Below, one piece after another: positions 26,238 through 38,478 of a stretch of DNA of 64,000 nt. Location of the stretch: the NCBI GenBank assembly GCA_000320545.1, contig ADNK01001985.1:29166-93165 (forward strand), written 5' to 3'. The notes below the pieces were generated by a model that was given only the letters and a program-made list of their open reading frames with translations, was not told the origin of the DNA and did no database searches. Made by a program: the position numbers and the translations under genes. Numbering within the stretch: the first letter of the stretch is position 1; each line of letters begins with the position of its first letter. Source of the DNA: Bigelowiella natans CCMP2755 (taxonomy: Eukaryota > Protista > Cercozoa).

Positions 26238-26482
26238 GAGAGAGAGGGAGAGGGGAATTTATCATCTCTGTCTCAATTGCATGCTTATACTCCTCTCATG
26301 CTTGATTTTCTTCCTTATTCGAAGGCTACTCTAGGCTATTATACCGCATGTCAGTCGGGAGCAGCGTCTCCGGAAGCCTCTCCAAAATCCTGCCAGCTTC
26401 CATGAATCTCTGGCAAAACATTGCGACAAATTGCTTTGATCATGGCATTCGACTTGTGGAGGAGGCTACAGAAATTTACTAG
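21634..26482 (+). CDS. CAO: Chlorophyllide a oxygenase (CAO)-like protein: Rieske cluster intact, mononuclear Fe site absent
   Basis: GHWYPAYFS, IELFGRPWVLFRDE, DQCAHRACPLSLG, ECPYHGW, MPSTRMC, EKDGLIWLW, FHASRLLAG and HQMHSIVP..GYSRLLYRMS are collinear with CAO. The Fe motif reads ESLQHIAYEPIRK. Bipartite leader (PLIIFSLLSILAYSIAW plus an S/R-rich region). Start is approximate. Confidence 0.85.
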
Positions 26483-26689
26483 CTTTTAAGCACTCCCAAA
26501 TGAGAAATTTGATAGCTGAAATAAAAACTTGACCCCACAATTATAAATACGGGAAGGCATTATATAATAATCCGGATCGACCTAGGCCTTCGAAATTAAT
26601 GCACTCACAAAATAATCGTTGTCTTAGCTCCACAAAATACTGTTCAGTCCCTTAGTCTGACAGTAGCCATAACAACTCAGGCGTAATGG

Positions 26690-27110
26690 TCATTAACACA
26701 TGATGTGCATGCCATGTGTACTCATTTAACAAATGTGGTCGAACCACTGGGCCTGCTAATTGAACACATGTGGTGTCTGAAATACACCATCGTGAATGAA
26801 TTTACCATTGCAAGACTGCTAGGCTGTGGTGATCGACACTTCTAATGATAGACTCTAGACTTCGCAACATGACCTAGCTAGCTCTAGGGTGTGTAGCTAG
26901 CTAGCTAGCTAGATGCTAGGATGGCATGCTGATTTACTCGAATTTTGGTGTCCGCTAATCTCACGTGCGTTGTCATTGCAGCTTCATTCGATTGCGTGTC
27001 AATAGAAATCGGCCCACGCACACACATGCTAGCATGCCAGCACGCACGCACAGCGTCATGTAGCGCGTACCACTACGCGGGCACAAGTCACGTGCGACAA
27101 CAAAGGGGTT
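26690..27110. repeat. CTAG/GCATGC-rich degenerate tract
   Basis: Tandem CTAG runs at about 26874-26920 and repeated GCATGC. Confidence 0.5.
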
Positions 27111-27156
27111 GTCGCGGATATAGAATATAGATAACGTAGATATTAATACAGCATAG

Positions 27157-27289
27157 GCACGTGGGTTCCGGCGGGACTCATGGCAGCACACCGGAAGTGT
27201 GCTGCCCCACGTGCGGCGGCATTCGCGAAAGCTTCGCGAATGATTACGCAGTGCACGATTTAATAAAAATATAATCTTTAATAAAAATA
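27157..27289. other. Multi-hairpin GC-rich element followed by an AT-rich direct repeat
   Basis: GCACGTGG/CCACGTGC outer stem. GGCAGCACAC-CGGAA-GTGTGCTGCC. CATTCGCGAA-AGC-TTCGCGAATG. TTTAATAAAAATA twice. Confidence 0.6.
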
Positions 27290-28124
27290 AACACAACTCT
27301 TCAAAAGGAAGCAAACGTGCCTTTCCCCCCCCCTGCCTACTTGTGCACGTAGCGCCTCGGCCTGTGAACACCTTACGCGCAACAGTCAGATTGAGCGCAT
27401 TTGCACGCTCTGTGCAGCACCAGACGAACACATCTGCGCAGAGCTGACGATGACGGAACACGCTGCACGTGACAACGCAAATGAATTGTTCAGCTTGACA
27501 AGCTCAACAAAATGACAATGTGCAATGCAACAGCTCCGTTCATTCACCATCCATTCACTCATTTCACTCACAGTTTTCATTCGAAATTGCATCATTGCAA
27601 TTGCTTCAGTCATTTGTTCGCAGGATTTCCACAAACAATGAGCACCGCAAGAGATCTGTGCTTGCTGGACGGCAGAAATCCTCTCTTGCGGGCAATCAAA
27701 AGTGTGTCAGTGTGCACGACGACGAATTCTAAGGTTCCCCACAGGGAGAACCGGGTTTTGAGGCACAATGGCTGATCTCAGCTTTCAGCTCCTTTTTGCC
27801 GAACTTCCCGTTGTCGCAATCTCTAAGTGCAGAGGATATTTGGAGATCTCTCAGGACGATTTAAAAGGACGTCTCTGGGGATCTCGAACATATCTCCAAA
27901 TTGTCTCCCACTGCCTCTCCCGCTCCTCTCCTCCCTCTTAACCTCGTTGACACTACTCACGAGCTCTTGCCACGGATTTGAAGTTGGGAACAAAAGTACT
28001 GTGTATATAAGGTACTACCCAGCAAATTTTGTTAATCTGGCGTTGGCTAGGCCAAATCCTGTGAAAATGGTGAATTGCGCTAGAATGATGTGCTCTCTCC
28101 TTAATGATGATGCAGGTATTATCA

Positions 28125-28236
28125 ATGGACTACGAAGACGAAAATCAAATAGAGCCCAAAGTGGTGGTTCTGGGCCAGACAGGGTAAGATTCTTTATTTT
28201 GTAGGCATTAACGTGCTTGCTATATCTGTCTTCCGG

Positions 28237-28276
<40 letters not shown>

Positions 28277-29417
28277 TCATTCCAAGGCCCCTCTAAATTC
28301 TAATGAGAAATTCTAATGAGGAGTCAATCGTGGTGAGAATTATGGTAATGATGAGGAGTGATGGTAGATTAGGATGAATAAAAAATATTAGCTCTATTAA
28401 AATGGTCAGGGTGGGCAAAACTAGCATGATTCACAGATATACCAAGGGCCACTTCAATGAAAATGCCCAGGTAAAGATATTAATCTAGTATACAAATAAT
28501 ATATAAACTATACATACATTTATTAAGTATTAGTACTATTTTGATATTTAAGCAATAGTATGTGTGTGTAAGCTGTTCTAGTGTGTGTTGCCTTTGTGAT
28601 ATTTCTTTTATAAATTATTTGTTACAATTGCATAAATCCAACAAAACATACCTCGTGATAAATTGAATGCACAATATATGAATGCTGAAACATGGAAAAA
28701 TATCTCCCCCCCTTCCCTCTCGTACAGACGACCATAGGCGGAGCTTACTGCAAAAAAGATGTGTCAATTAATGGATGGAACGTCTCGCTGCAAATTTGGG
28801 ACACTGCAGGGCAAGAAAGGTTGGCAATGTACACTATGCATGAACTCAAATAAGCGCAATTATTATGCTTATGTGTGTGAGACTGATTGGAGTTGTGAGT
28901 GAGTGAGTGAGTGTGTGTTTGTGTTTATAAGTATGTGTACATAAATGTATATCTATCGCTATGTTGAATAAAAATCAAAGTGCGATGCTTTTCGCTTCCT
29001 GGATCAATATTATTTCTAATATCATTACCTTTCTTAGGTTCCGATCCATGGCTCCTATGTACTACCGCAATGCAAAAGCAGCCATACTAGTCTATGATGC
29101 TTCAGAAGAAAAAACTCTGGAAATGGTCCAGGGATGGAAAGACGGTGCGGATTAGCGTTAGCACCAAAGGCAACAACATAGCAACAATATGAACTATGTA
29201 GATCATTGGAGTGTTATGATTTCGTTAATATTGGAGTGTCGTAGCTGTGGTGATGTTTGTGTGTTTATTGGTATGGTATCAACATGTAGAGCTTTGCAAG
29301 CATGCTGACAAGGACGCTATCTTTGTACTGGCTGGCAATAAATGCGACATGAGGGAACAAACTTCAGAGGCCATATCACGTGCCAAGGTTGCAGTCTGAG
29401 ATCTACCCAGTGTACAC

Positions 29418-29457
<40 letters not shown>

Positions 29458-29809
29458 ATTCTAAGTATAGAACTGTATTGTTTCTCTTAACAGAAAAAGG
29501 CTGAGGTCTTAGGAGCGAAGCTCTTCCAGACATCAGCAAGAACGGGAAAGGGGATTGAAGAGTTATTCGACTACGTAGCCCGAAACTTATTGAATATGGC
29601 ATTGCAATCAGGGACACATAAACGAACAGGTTCTTTACATACCATGTGTTACTCTTCCATTAGGTTTATAGCCATCTTGCTCGGTGATATCCCTGCGAAA
29701 CTCTGACAGAAATTCGCCTCTCCTTTTCTCACCTCCTCCTCTTCCCCTATGGTTAGACACTGTTATTCCTGGCAAGGGTACAAATAAGCAAGGCGGTTGC
29801 TGTGGGTAA
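28125..29809 (+). CDS. Rab family small GTPase (Rab5/21/22-related)
   Basis: [69 protein letters not shown] and the C-terminal prenylation motif GGCCG*. Confidence 0.93.
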
Positions 29810-29879
29810 TGAATTTAAGCAAAAGAGTGTACTCATAGAAATTAGTTGCATTGTGCATTGTTTGAATGTAAAATACTGG

Positions 29880-30720
29880 TAACACTCATAGCCGCACTCA
29901 GTGCGTTAACATGTGACAAGCAGTCAGTGAGCACGCAGGATGCATGCACATCAGACATACAGAGAAACTACAAAATGATACTACTTCGTTAATTTATTTG
30001 TATGCAAGCGATGCATCTATCATGCAGTTCGCCACGAGTAAAATGTAAACCAGTAAATGCAATAAGTCAAATGGCACAATTGCGAATGCTCGACAGAGAC
30101 ATCTAGACATGCTAGCATGTCTCTAAAGCTAGATAGCTCACGTCAAAATGTAGACGCCTAGACACATCTACTGATCTATGCATCACTAGCCAGCTAGATC
30201 TGTAGGATGTCTCCATTCTAGATTCTCGATGAATCATGCTAGTAAGCTAGTGAGGCGCTAGGTGCTAGCTAGTTAGCTAGCTAGAGATAGACACAACGCA
30301 GTGCACTTCCACACGCATCATTGCCATTTCTAGATCTAGCCATGCTAGATGATTATCTAGCATGCTGGCATGCTAGCATGCTACAGCACAATGCTTGCTC
30401 CTTGCTAGCTTGTTTGTCGCAGATCTAGAAATTTGGAGATGTCTAGATCAGAGATGTACACATGCTACGATAGCTAGCTAGCTCTACAGTTAGACAGCTA
30501 GTGCGGGAGTGACAGCACATCGCCAGCTAGCAAGCAGATGTCATGTATTGTGCAGGCATCGCGCACAGCTTCAATTTCATGCTCTAGATGCTAGCTAGCT
30601 AGATAGCTACACTACATTTAGACATGTAGCTGACTCTCGCTCCATCCATCTTGATCTAGTCTAGTAGTGTGGCGCTTACGCATGCATGTCTAGATGCATA
30701 TGCTTCTATTTAGCTACTGC
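29880..30720. repeat. CTAG/GCATGC/AGATCT-rich degenerate tract in a convergent spacer
   Basis: Very high density of CTAG, TCTAGA, GCTAGC and GCATGC. No ORF. Confidence 0.65.
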
Positions 30721-30840
30721 ATTGACTCCCACATAAATTTTGGGCATGGTCGAAGGTGTGCTTACTGAATTAATAAAAGTGAATGACCATTCGAAATTAA
30801 AATGTAGTCCGCATAAATTATGATGAAAAGCAGATAGAGG

Positions 30841-33800
30841 TCACTTTTCTCTGCCCATAATTTCTAGATTCTGTACATATGACACTGCTTTGACCCATAA
30901 CTCCATCTTTGATTTTTCACTCGTCTCTAAATCAAGCGTTCTCTCGTTGGTTTTGAAAGAAAAATAGTAGGATGAATTTGGATTTTGGAAGATATTGCGT
31001 TGGAACACTGATGTGGTTCTTCCGATGCAAATTTCCTTGATGTCGTTCAGCGATATGTAAGATGCTGCTCTCTTCAACATTGCTCGACGATGTCTTAAAG
31101 AAAGCCAGTAAATACGCCCGTTTTCAACAACGACAAATTTTCTATGTGGTGTTCCTGATCGACCATGTTTCAAGAAAATATCTCCTGTTGTCACTGCAAG
31201 TCTATACATTCGTCCCTGCTTCTCATCATAATCAAGGGGACACGTAGCTGCTGTAGATGTTAGTAATGATGATACTCCTTCACATCTCTTTGTTTGGGAC
31301 GAGAACGAAATATTCCTTATCAGAGTTCTAGTACTATCGGAACTACTATGTGACTCAGATTGATAGTTTTTTGTTTCACCAGCATCTTCTTCGTTATTTG
31401 AGTTGCCCTAAATTAATATTTATATGTAATGATTCTAAAATGCTACACGTTTAGTTTATTGATAACCTGATTTAGCTGGTTAAGATCAATTAGTTCTTCA
31501 AGCCTTCGATTCGCTTCTATCATATCTCGTGCTTGCTTCTCGATTAAGTTTGATACATCCATTGAAGCGGTCAGTGCATAAATACAGCTTTGTCGGGCAC
31601 CTTAATTCAAGTAAACGAAAAGAATCATTTTTACTCGATATACAATATGACAAATGTAAACAGCTTGGCGTGATTCTGGCTACCATAAGTCCCATAAGTC
31701 TTTTTTAGCCCTCCTTTGTCGAAACGGTGTGATAGTTTCTGCCCTTTCCTAGTGACAGAGACCTGAGAGGTAGATTTTTGCTGCGATTTCGAAGCCCAAG
31801 TTGGCAACGGTGGCGGTTTAGGTCGCTGGATAATTGTTGCAGCAGATATAGAAGAGGATATTGAAGATAAATCCGACGATGACCGAGATCCTGAGATTGT
31901 TATGGTTGTTAAAATACAGTAATAAGCGGGGAGTATTCTCAAAGCAAACCATTTGTCCGAGATTCAGAATGACTTTTAGAAGATCTTCTTCTCCTCTTCA
32001 ATGCATTTCCTATTCCGGCGAGAATTTTATTGGCCGCCTTTAAAACAGTGCTTTTCCCCTGGGATTTCTTACTAGGTGTACTATAAGTGAAGTGCTTATT
32101 TTCCATACGAACACCCGAAGATGCAGATGCAGTCGTGGCGACACTTAGATACATAGGATCATTTAATTGAGAAGCCCCACTTCCTCTGACCCCTTCGAGA
32201 GAAGACGGAGGTTCCGAATCGACCCATTGAATTGGTTTTATTGTAAGGAACACTTTCTTCTTTTGAGTCGCTTGAGCAAAGGGTGTTTTAGAAGAGCGTC
32301 CTCTGAGAGGATTTTTTTCTTCAGTTGATGGAGAAGCAGACCTTGAAAATCGAGGGGTTTTCTGTCGGTTTGTAGAAACTGGGAATGTTGATCGCCTGTG
32401 CGATCTAAGGGATCCAGGTTGCTTATTTGAATCGCCCCTACTCCGTGATTTTTTGGCATCGGAAATTGAATCCAACTGCTGTAACGACCCTGAAGAAAGC
32501 GTTCGAGGAGGTAGCTTTGGACGTCTTGCTTCGTTTGCCATTGCTGAATGTGAGCGATGAGGCAGTCGTGGTGATGTTCCTTTCAAAGATGATGCACGTT
32601 TAAGTGTCATTGATCTCTTTCTTAATCCTTTTGATACACGCGAGCGCGAATCTCTTTTCAAAGAGTATGATCTGTAACCAGTTGGTCTGGGGGGTGGAGT
32701 CGGAGGACTTTTACCCGCCAGAGAGGGTATCAGATCATCCAACCATGAAGCTCGATTTTTGTTCTCCGAAATTCTTTTGTTGACTAGTGATAATCTATTC
32801 AGGAATGCGCCTTCATCGATTTGTCCAGATACGATGAAGGAACTGGTCCGAGTTGAGGTTTGAGGGGTGGAGTCAGACATCTCTTCCAACAACTTTTAGG
32901 GATGTAGTATATTACATCATTCTTAGATTACAAAGCATCAAAGCATAGCATGTAGCATGTAGAACAAGTTTACATTACTCACCTTAGATTGATCTTGTGA
33001 CGCTGAATAATCTTTTGGAAATAGATGAAGAATAATATCTTCTACTCTCTTTGCGCACTTAAAGTGTGCCATAGTTCCTTACAACGGAATATTTTTGCAC
33101 CCTGTTCTTTATGATAAGTACACGATGAGAACGTGGCACAGTAGCAACAACCCGCCTCTCACATTTCACACATAAGCTACCCCTCTTATCCGAAAATGGA
33201 CATTACATGCCAAAAATCATATTGGTTCACGGTCCTTTAATCTCTATAAGCTATGTTCCACAGCTGCGTTATCTTCAATGTTCAATGTCCAATGCTTCCA
33301 ACCTGTTGATAATAATGGGAGGAACCTTCCACGTGTCATTTGAACAGGATTGCGTAGAAGTACCCTGCGTGTGTTGTTGATTTATCTAATGTCGTACCTG
33401 ATAATCGGCTTTGTTTCTCTGGAGGAGAGTAAGCGGTAAAACGCTTGGAATGTCTTTTTAAGTTGAGGGCAGAGGGAACAATTCACCAACAACAAACTCG
33501 GCACACCGAAGCGCATGGGGTTATAGTTCCTACGACAGCAGCGAGCCTACCCTATTCACTCTGCTCACAGTAGCTCTCATGTCATTGTTCACCACATTTT
33601 GCCGCTGTTTGCTGAAAAATTTGTGCTGTGCTTTGGCTGTTGGGGAACGCCATCAGATTCTTCTGAAAAAGGCCATCATTCAGTCATCTTGCGATAAAAT
33701 GCCTTCATTCTTCCAAACATGCACTTCAAAGCATGTTTCAATTCTACACAGATGTTGACATTTTGAGCATGCAATACATCAGGAAAATAATCTTCTAGAT

Positions 33801-34122
33801 ATTGAAAGAGAATTTCGTCACGGAGGTATTTCATGTACATTGGATTCAAACGAAAATTAGACAAATATGTTCAGATGTTCTGGGCTTCAGCTATTTACCT
33901 ACTTAAGTTGATGCACTTTGAGTTGTCGCAGATTGTGAAACGGCTGCAAAAGTGTCCTAACATGAGCGAAAGTTGCCAAGGAGGAGTGGAATGGTTGCTG
34001 GCCTGAGCCCCTGCGTAACAACGTAGTTTTGGCCCTAGGTCCTCCCTCCCATAGAGCCACATTTTTCACTTTGCATTTGAAGCATAACTTGAGAGATTCT
34101 TTGTACGTTTTCCGCAAAGTGT
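30841..34122 (-). CDS. S/R/P-rich protein with a C-terminal PLC-type PH domain; 5' exons (including a C1-like zinc finger remnant) look disrupted
   Basis: PH domain: GDIFLKHGRSGTPHRKFV, ISLNDIKEICIGRTTSVF, FSFKTNERTLDLE..MELWVKAV. A 317-codon low-complexity ORF lies upstream. Three in-frame stops in exon 33163-33302. 5' boundary uncertain. Confidence 0.6.
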
Positions 34123-34186
34123 CTATTTAACTTTGATCATGTGTTGTTCGCAATGTGCATGAAAAGGGGGTGATATTTGCCTGGAA

Positions 34187-35463
34187 ATGAATCCGTCCTT
34201 CTTGCGTCGCTTTAAGAAGACCTTCCGCAAAAACAGTGCCAAAAAAAAAATAGTTGAAGCAACGAGAAACCGCATCTGTACGTTTAAACGTGATCCGAGA
34301 AGATCCAGAGCCAGTAGCTGGGTGACCGCTGTTCAAACCAATAGCATCTCCTCGTCACTTAGCTTTCTTCGTATCCCTGATGCATTCTCACGGCAACCAT
34401 TTTCGGAGGTGCCCAGGTAAAATAATACTAAAGTTATTTTATGCCATTGAGGAACACCATTGTTGCAGAAATCGTTATTTCCCCTTCCGTTTGTAGTTGC
34501 TTATGTGTGTATGATGTACTCGTGCGGAACGCAGACAAAGAACGCCTTTCTCGACGAAGACAGCCATGAATGAGAAGAAAGAAACAAAAGACAATGAACG
34601 GTATCCAATCCAAACATCACAATTCAACATTTTCCGCATCCATGGCGCTTGAAATTCATGTGTTGGTGAAATTTAACGAGTCTTCTTTAAGGTCTGATGG
34701 CGGTGGCAAAGATTCAAACACTAATGAGTCCTCATCAACGCGGGATAGGGTAACCATTTAAAAATTCGACGCACGTTTTCATGGTCATATGTGTGAAATT
34801 ATACGTTCTGCGTGTGTTTTTAGATGAGCTTCGCAGACATGTACACTGATCATGAGGTAATTACTCCACAACTTCCTTTCTCATTCGCAACCTCGTAATT
34901 GATGCATGAAACATTATTTTCCACTCATAGCTATCAATCTACGAGCGTATTGTGGAGGCGAGCTGGCAGAGGTGGTCTTAACTCATTCGTGAGGGAAAAT
35001 CTGGAAGTTGACTTAAAAGCAGCCACCAATATCCTCTCTTTTTCAACTTTGGGTTACTTACTTTTCGAGTGCTCGGCAGATTGCATTGCTAATTTGATCG
35101 CCATGCACTTCCCCTTCCCTCTACTTTGCCGTTGGGTTGTACTTCTAGATTCGTTTTCTTGGTATCGTGTGCAGCGGCATTGGTGACAGTGGTGGTGATG
35201 AACTGGGAGGATTTACGCAAACAATTCACCGGTGAGGTGGCGGAAGTGGCCTCTAGTGCGTTGGGCGACCGGAAATTGCTGGACAAGTCTAACGGTAAGA
35301 AATGGTCCAGTAGCAGCCAGCAATTGTCCGTATAATTGTAGCAGAACACTGGGAGAACAATGTTGCAGATGGAATGCGGCAATACGACAGGAAGCTGCTG
35401 AGATGCTGCTTTTGCTGCTGCTGCTGCTGCTAGCCATTACTACTATTTACATGTGTGTGATCT

Positions 35464-35501
<38 letters not shown>

Positions 35502-37492
35502 TGTGATTAGAGCTAGCTCTGGCTGTAGCTCAGCACCTACTCTACGACGAGAAAACACAGGATGCGCTCACATCTCTGGTGTCCGAAGTCCTGCAGAACA
35601 AAAAAACACGGTATGTCCTCGTAGAGACAATCAAAGACTTAAACTTGCTTGAAAGTACATAGTTAAGTGATCAACGCCACTCATACATATCTGTCACCGC
35701 TTAGTGCTCCCTCCCCCTTCCCCTCCTACTCCTTGAAATGCTGATGTGATGCGTTGCTAAAATTGCGAATTTCCTACTGTTGGACTGTTGTCCCTGTGTC
35801 GCGCATAGGGACGAACTTGTTGTGCTTTTCTCGGACTTATTCCAGGTCTGCGTGATAGAGAGAGAGGGGGGGGGGGGGGGGGGGGGGGTTACCGGATGCA
35901 TGTGTGCGTAGTACTGCCGTTGGCTGTGGTATCATCCAGAGTATGAAAACATTAAGTGTGCGTCTTATCGTCGTTGTTTGGCATTATTCTATCGTGATGA
36001 AAGGATTATGTCTCATTTGCTGTACTTGATGCAGGACCCTATAATTCTGGAAGAGGTCACGAAACTATCGTCTGAAGTTACAAACAGGGTATGTATGCAT
36101 GTACGCATCACAACAGCTCAACAACAACGACAACGACAACAACAGCAGCAGCAGCGATTGTTATGGTTATTATAACGACGATGAGGATGGCAATGATGAT
36201 TGTCACTGTGTTTTCCCGCAATGAATCAGGTTTTGAACGACGGTGAAGTCAATACACATGCGCTGAAGATCACCGCAGAGCTATTCAATAAGGTTCGTTA
36301 GCACCATCACCGTTCATTCCCCCTCCCTCATAGTTATGATACGTTCTTCGCCGAACCATTTGTCTCTGCTGCTGCTAGAAATTATCGTTTCCTACTAAAG
36401 CAGCTGCTGCTTTTCCATTCCGAACAAAAATAGTATAGTGTTTCTGCACAGATTATTATTTGATTGCCACGATGGTGTTATCATCATCATCATCATATAC
36501 TGGCAGGTCTTAGCTGAGAAGCACTTGCAGAGCCAAGCTGGCGTGGCACTCTGGGTAGTAGTAGTAGTTGTTGTTGTTGTAGCAGTAGTCATAATAACAC
36601 GCTTACCACTGCTAGCGTAGTAGTAGAGTAGAAGAACTTTGCCATAATGTACATGAAATTGTGTGTGTGTGTGTGTGTGCGTGTGTTTGTGATTCCTTCA
36701 TTGCCATCCTCATCCTCATCATCCTCCTCCTCATCCTCATCATCCTCCTCCTCATCATCATCATCATCACGCATCCATCATCTACCCTCTCTCTCTGGCA
36801 GAACTCCATAAAGTACGCGATTGTTCCCAATTGGTTTGGTGAATACGCTGGCCAGCCACCACCACCAACACAGCAGCAGCAGCAGCAGCAGCAGCCTTCC
36901 ACAAAATCACCCGACGAGAGCAAATCAATGGGCGTGGCATCGACTAAGAACGAGCAAGGAGTAGCCGCGGAGACGGTTGTTACCGGTGAGAAGAAGAAGG
37001 AAGGACTTCCAACATTTGATGAGAACGTTGCGGTTGCAGCCAGTGCTCGAAAGAGTCGTGATGTTAATGATGATAAGGAGGAGGAGAAGGGGGATACAGC
37101 TGCTATCAACACTGATAGTAGAAATGCGTCAAAACTTGGGGAGATTAAAAATATTGACGCGTATGACGATGACGATTCTTTGTTGCTACCAGACGCCGCA
37201 GTAGCAAACGCATTCGACCGACCGTGGGAAAATGATTTCGTGGTTGATGATTATGAGCCACCACAAATTGATATTCATAAGGATACGGAAATGGCGGAGA
37301 AAGGTAGCAGTATTAGCGGTGGTAATAGCAGGCACGAGCAGGTTCCCAATCATCATCCCACTGATATCGATGGTAGTAGTAGTAGTAGTAGTAGTAGTGC
37401 GAACGCTGCGAAGAAGAAGGAGACATTGCAACGTGCAGAAGACCTCCGACTAAATCGAAAAATGCCAGAAGGAGATCGAGGAGGAGATATTG

Positions 37493-37526
<34 letters not shown>

Positions 37527-37773
37527 GTTATCATCATCCAGTGATGAGAAGCGCGGGAGCAAAGGTAAGGATGGTAATGACAGCAAGAATGGCGGCGATA
37601 AAGCCTCTGGAGGGAAGGGGTTGGATGCTGAGAGAAACACGGACATAGAAGGGAGCGACAACGACGACGGCAACGGATTAAGTGGTGGAGATGTACGAGG
37701 AGGCAATTTAAGGCCAGATGAAAGTGGTAGAGAAGGAGGGCTAAACCTTGAAAACATAGCATATTTCAAGTAA
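34187..37773 (+). CDS. Uncharacterised single-pass membrane protein, probably mitochondrial, with an acidic low-complexity tail
   Basis: R/K/S-rich presequence MNPSFLRRFKK...RQRTPFSTK. TM segment FVFLVSCAAALVTVVVM. Helical region EDLRKQFTGEVAEVASSAL...AGVALWNSIKYAIVP. The 5' exons I checked splice in phase. Confidence 0.65.
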
Positions 37774-37929
37774 AATTGCATCCTTTCGACCGGCGAACAG
37801 GAAAATAGGAGAAACGAAACATATAATAGCAGACTTGCAAAAGCTAAGAGTAGTTTCCTACAGTTATCTTAAGATTTTCCCCTTTTTTGTATTGCATTGC
37901 ATATAAGCCACAATATCTCGAATATCTCT

Positions 37930-38330
37930 AGACACATATGTATGATGCATCCAGTATATTAAAATCAAATGAAGAATTTTGCGAGTTTGTAGAGTTAATT
38001 ATATGCATGTATGTGTTCTTAACCGAGCATATGCAACTTATACTAGATGAGAATTCGCGTCTTTTTGCGCACAAGCTGCAGAAGCAATCAAGGAGAACAT
38101 ATCTGTGCTGTACTACGCGTGCATGCTGTGTTGTGTAGTGGTGTGCCCGTCTAGCCGTATGAGTCATAGTCGCTGCACCATGGCTAGCCAGCTAGACAAA
38201 GGGGATACTGACTGAGCAAGATATTAGTGGCTTATATTGTGATGACAAAACAAATGTTTGCACGCAGAGCTAGCATGCAGGCAAGTAAAGACATTGCAAA
38301 TTTTACGTTGTGTTCATGGTTACAATAATG
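37930..38330. repeat. GCATGC/CTAG-rich degenerate tract in a convergent spacer
   Basis: Same compositional signature as the other 3' spacers, but weaker. Confidence 0.4.
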
Positions 38331-38478
38331 TACATACGTTTTGCGGTGGGAGTTTTCTACGCAGTGTGAAGCCAGAAACCACCATAGTATCACATTGATT
38401 TGTCATCGATATCACTTCCTGTGGCACAGCACCAATACCCGCGCTACCCAACATGATCTTGCCTAAAGTTTATCAGTA

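Noticed and set aside
27160-27206. Hammerhead-like string on the minus strand (CTGCCATGAGTCCCGCCGGAAC) and an HDV-like loop (CCCACGT)
   Set aside because: There is no intact CUGANGA or GAAA core. The HDV fold lacks P1 and the catalytic C.
29880-30720. CRISPR array or satellite
   Set aside because: There is no fixed repeat-spacer period or constant monomer, and the context is eukaryotic.
33163-33302. Stop-codon reassignment as an explanation for the in-frame stops
   Set aside because: TAG, TAA and TGA each terminate well-supported genes in this window, and the conserved exons contain no internal stops.
33899-34122. Macro-domain-like fragment (LRKTYKESLKLCFKCKVKNVAL)
   Set aside because: Too short and degenerate to call without a profile search.
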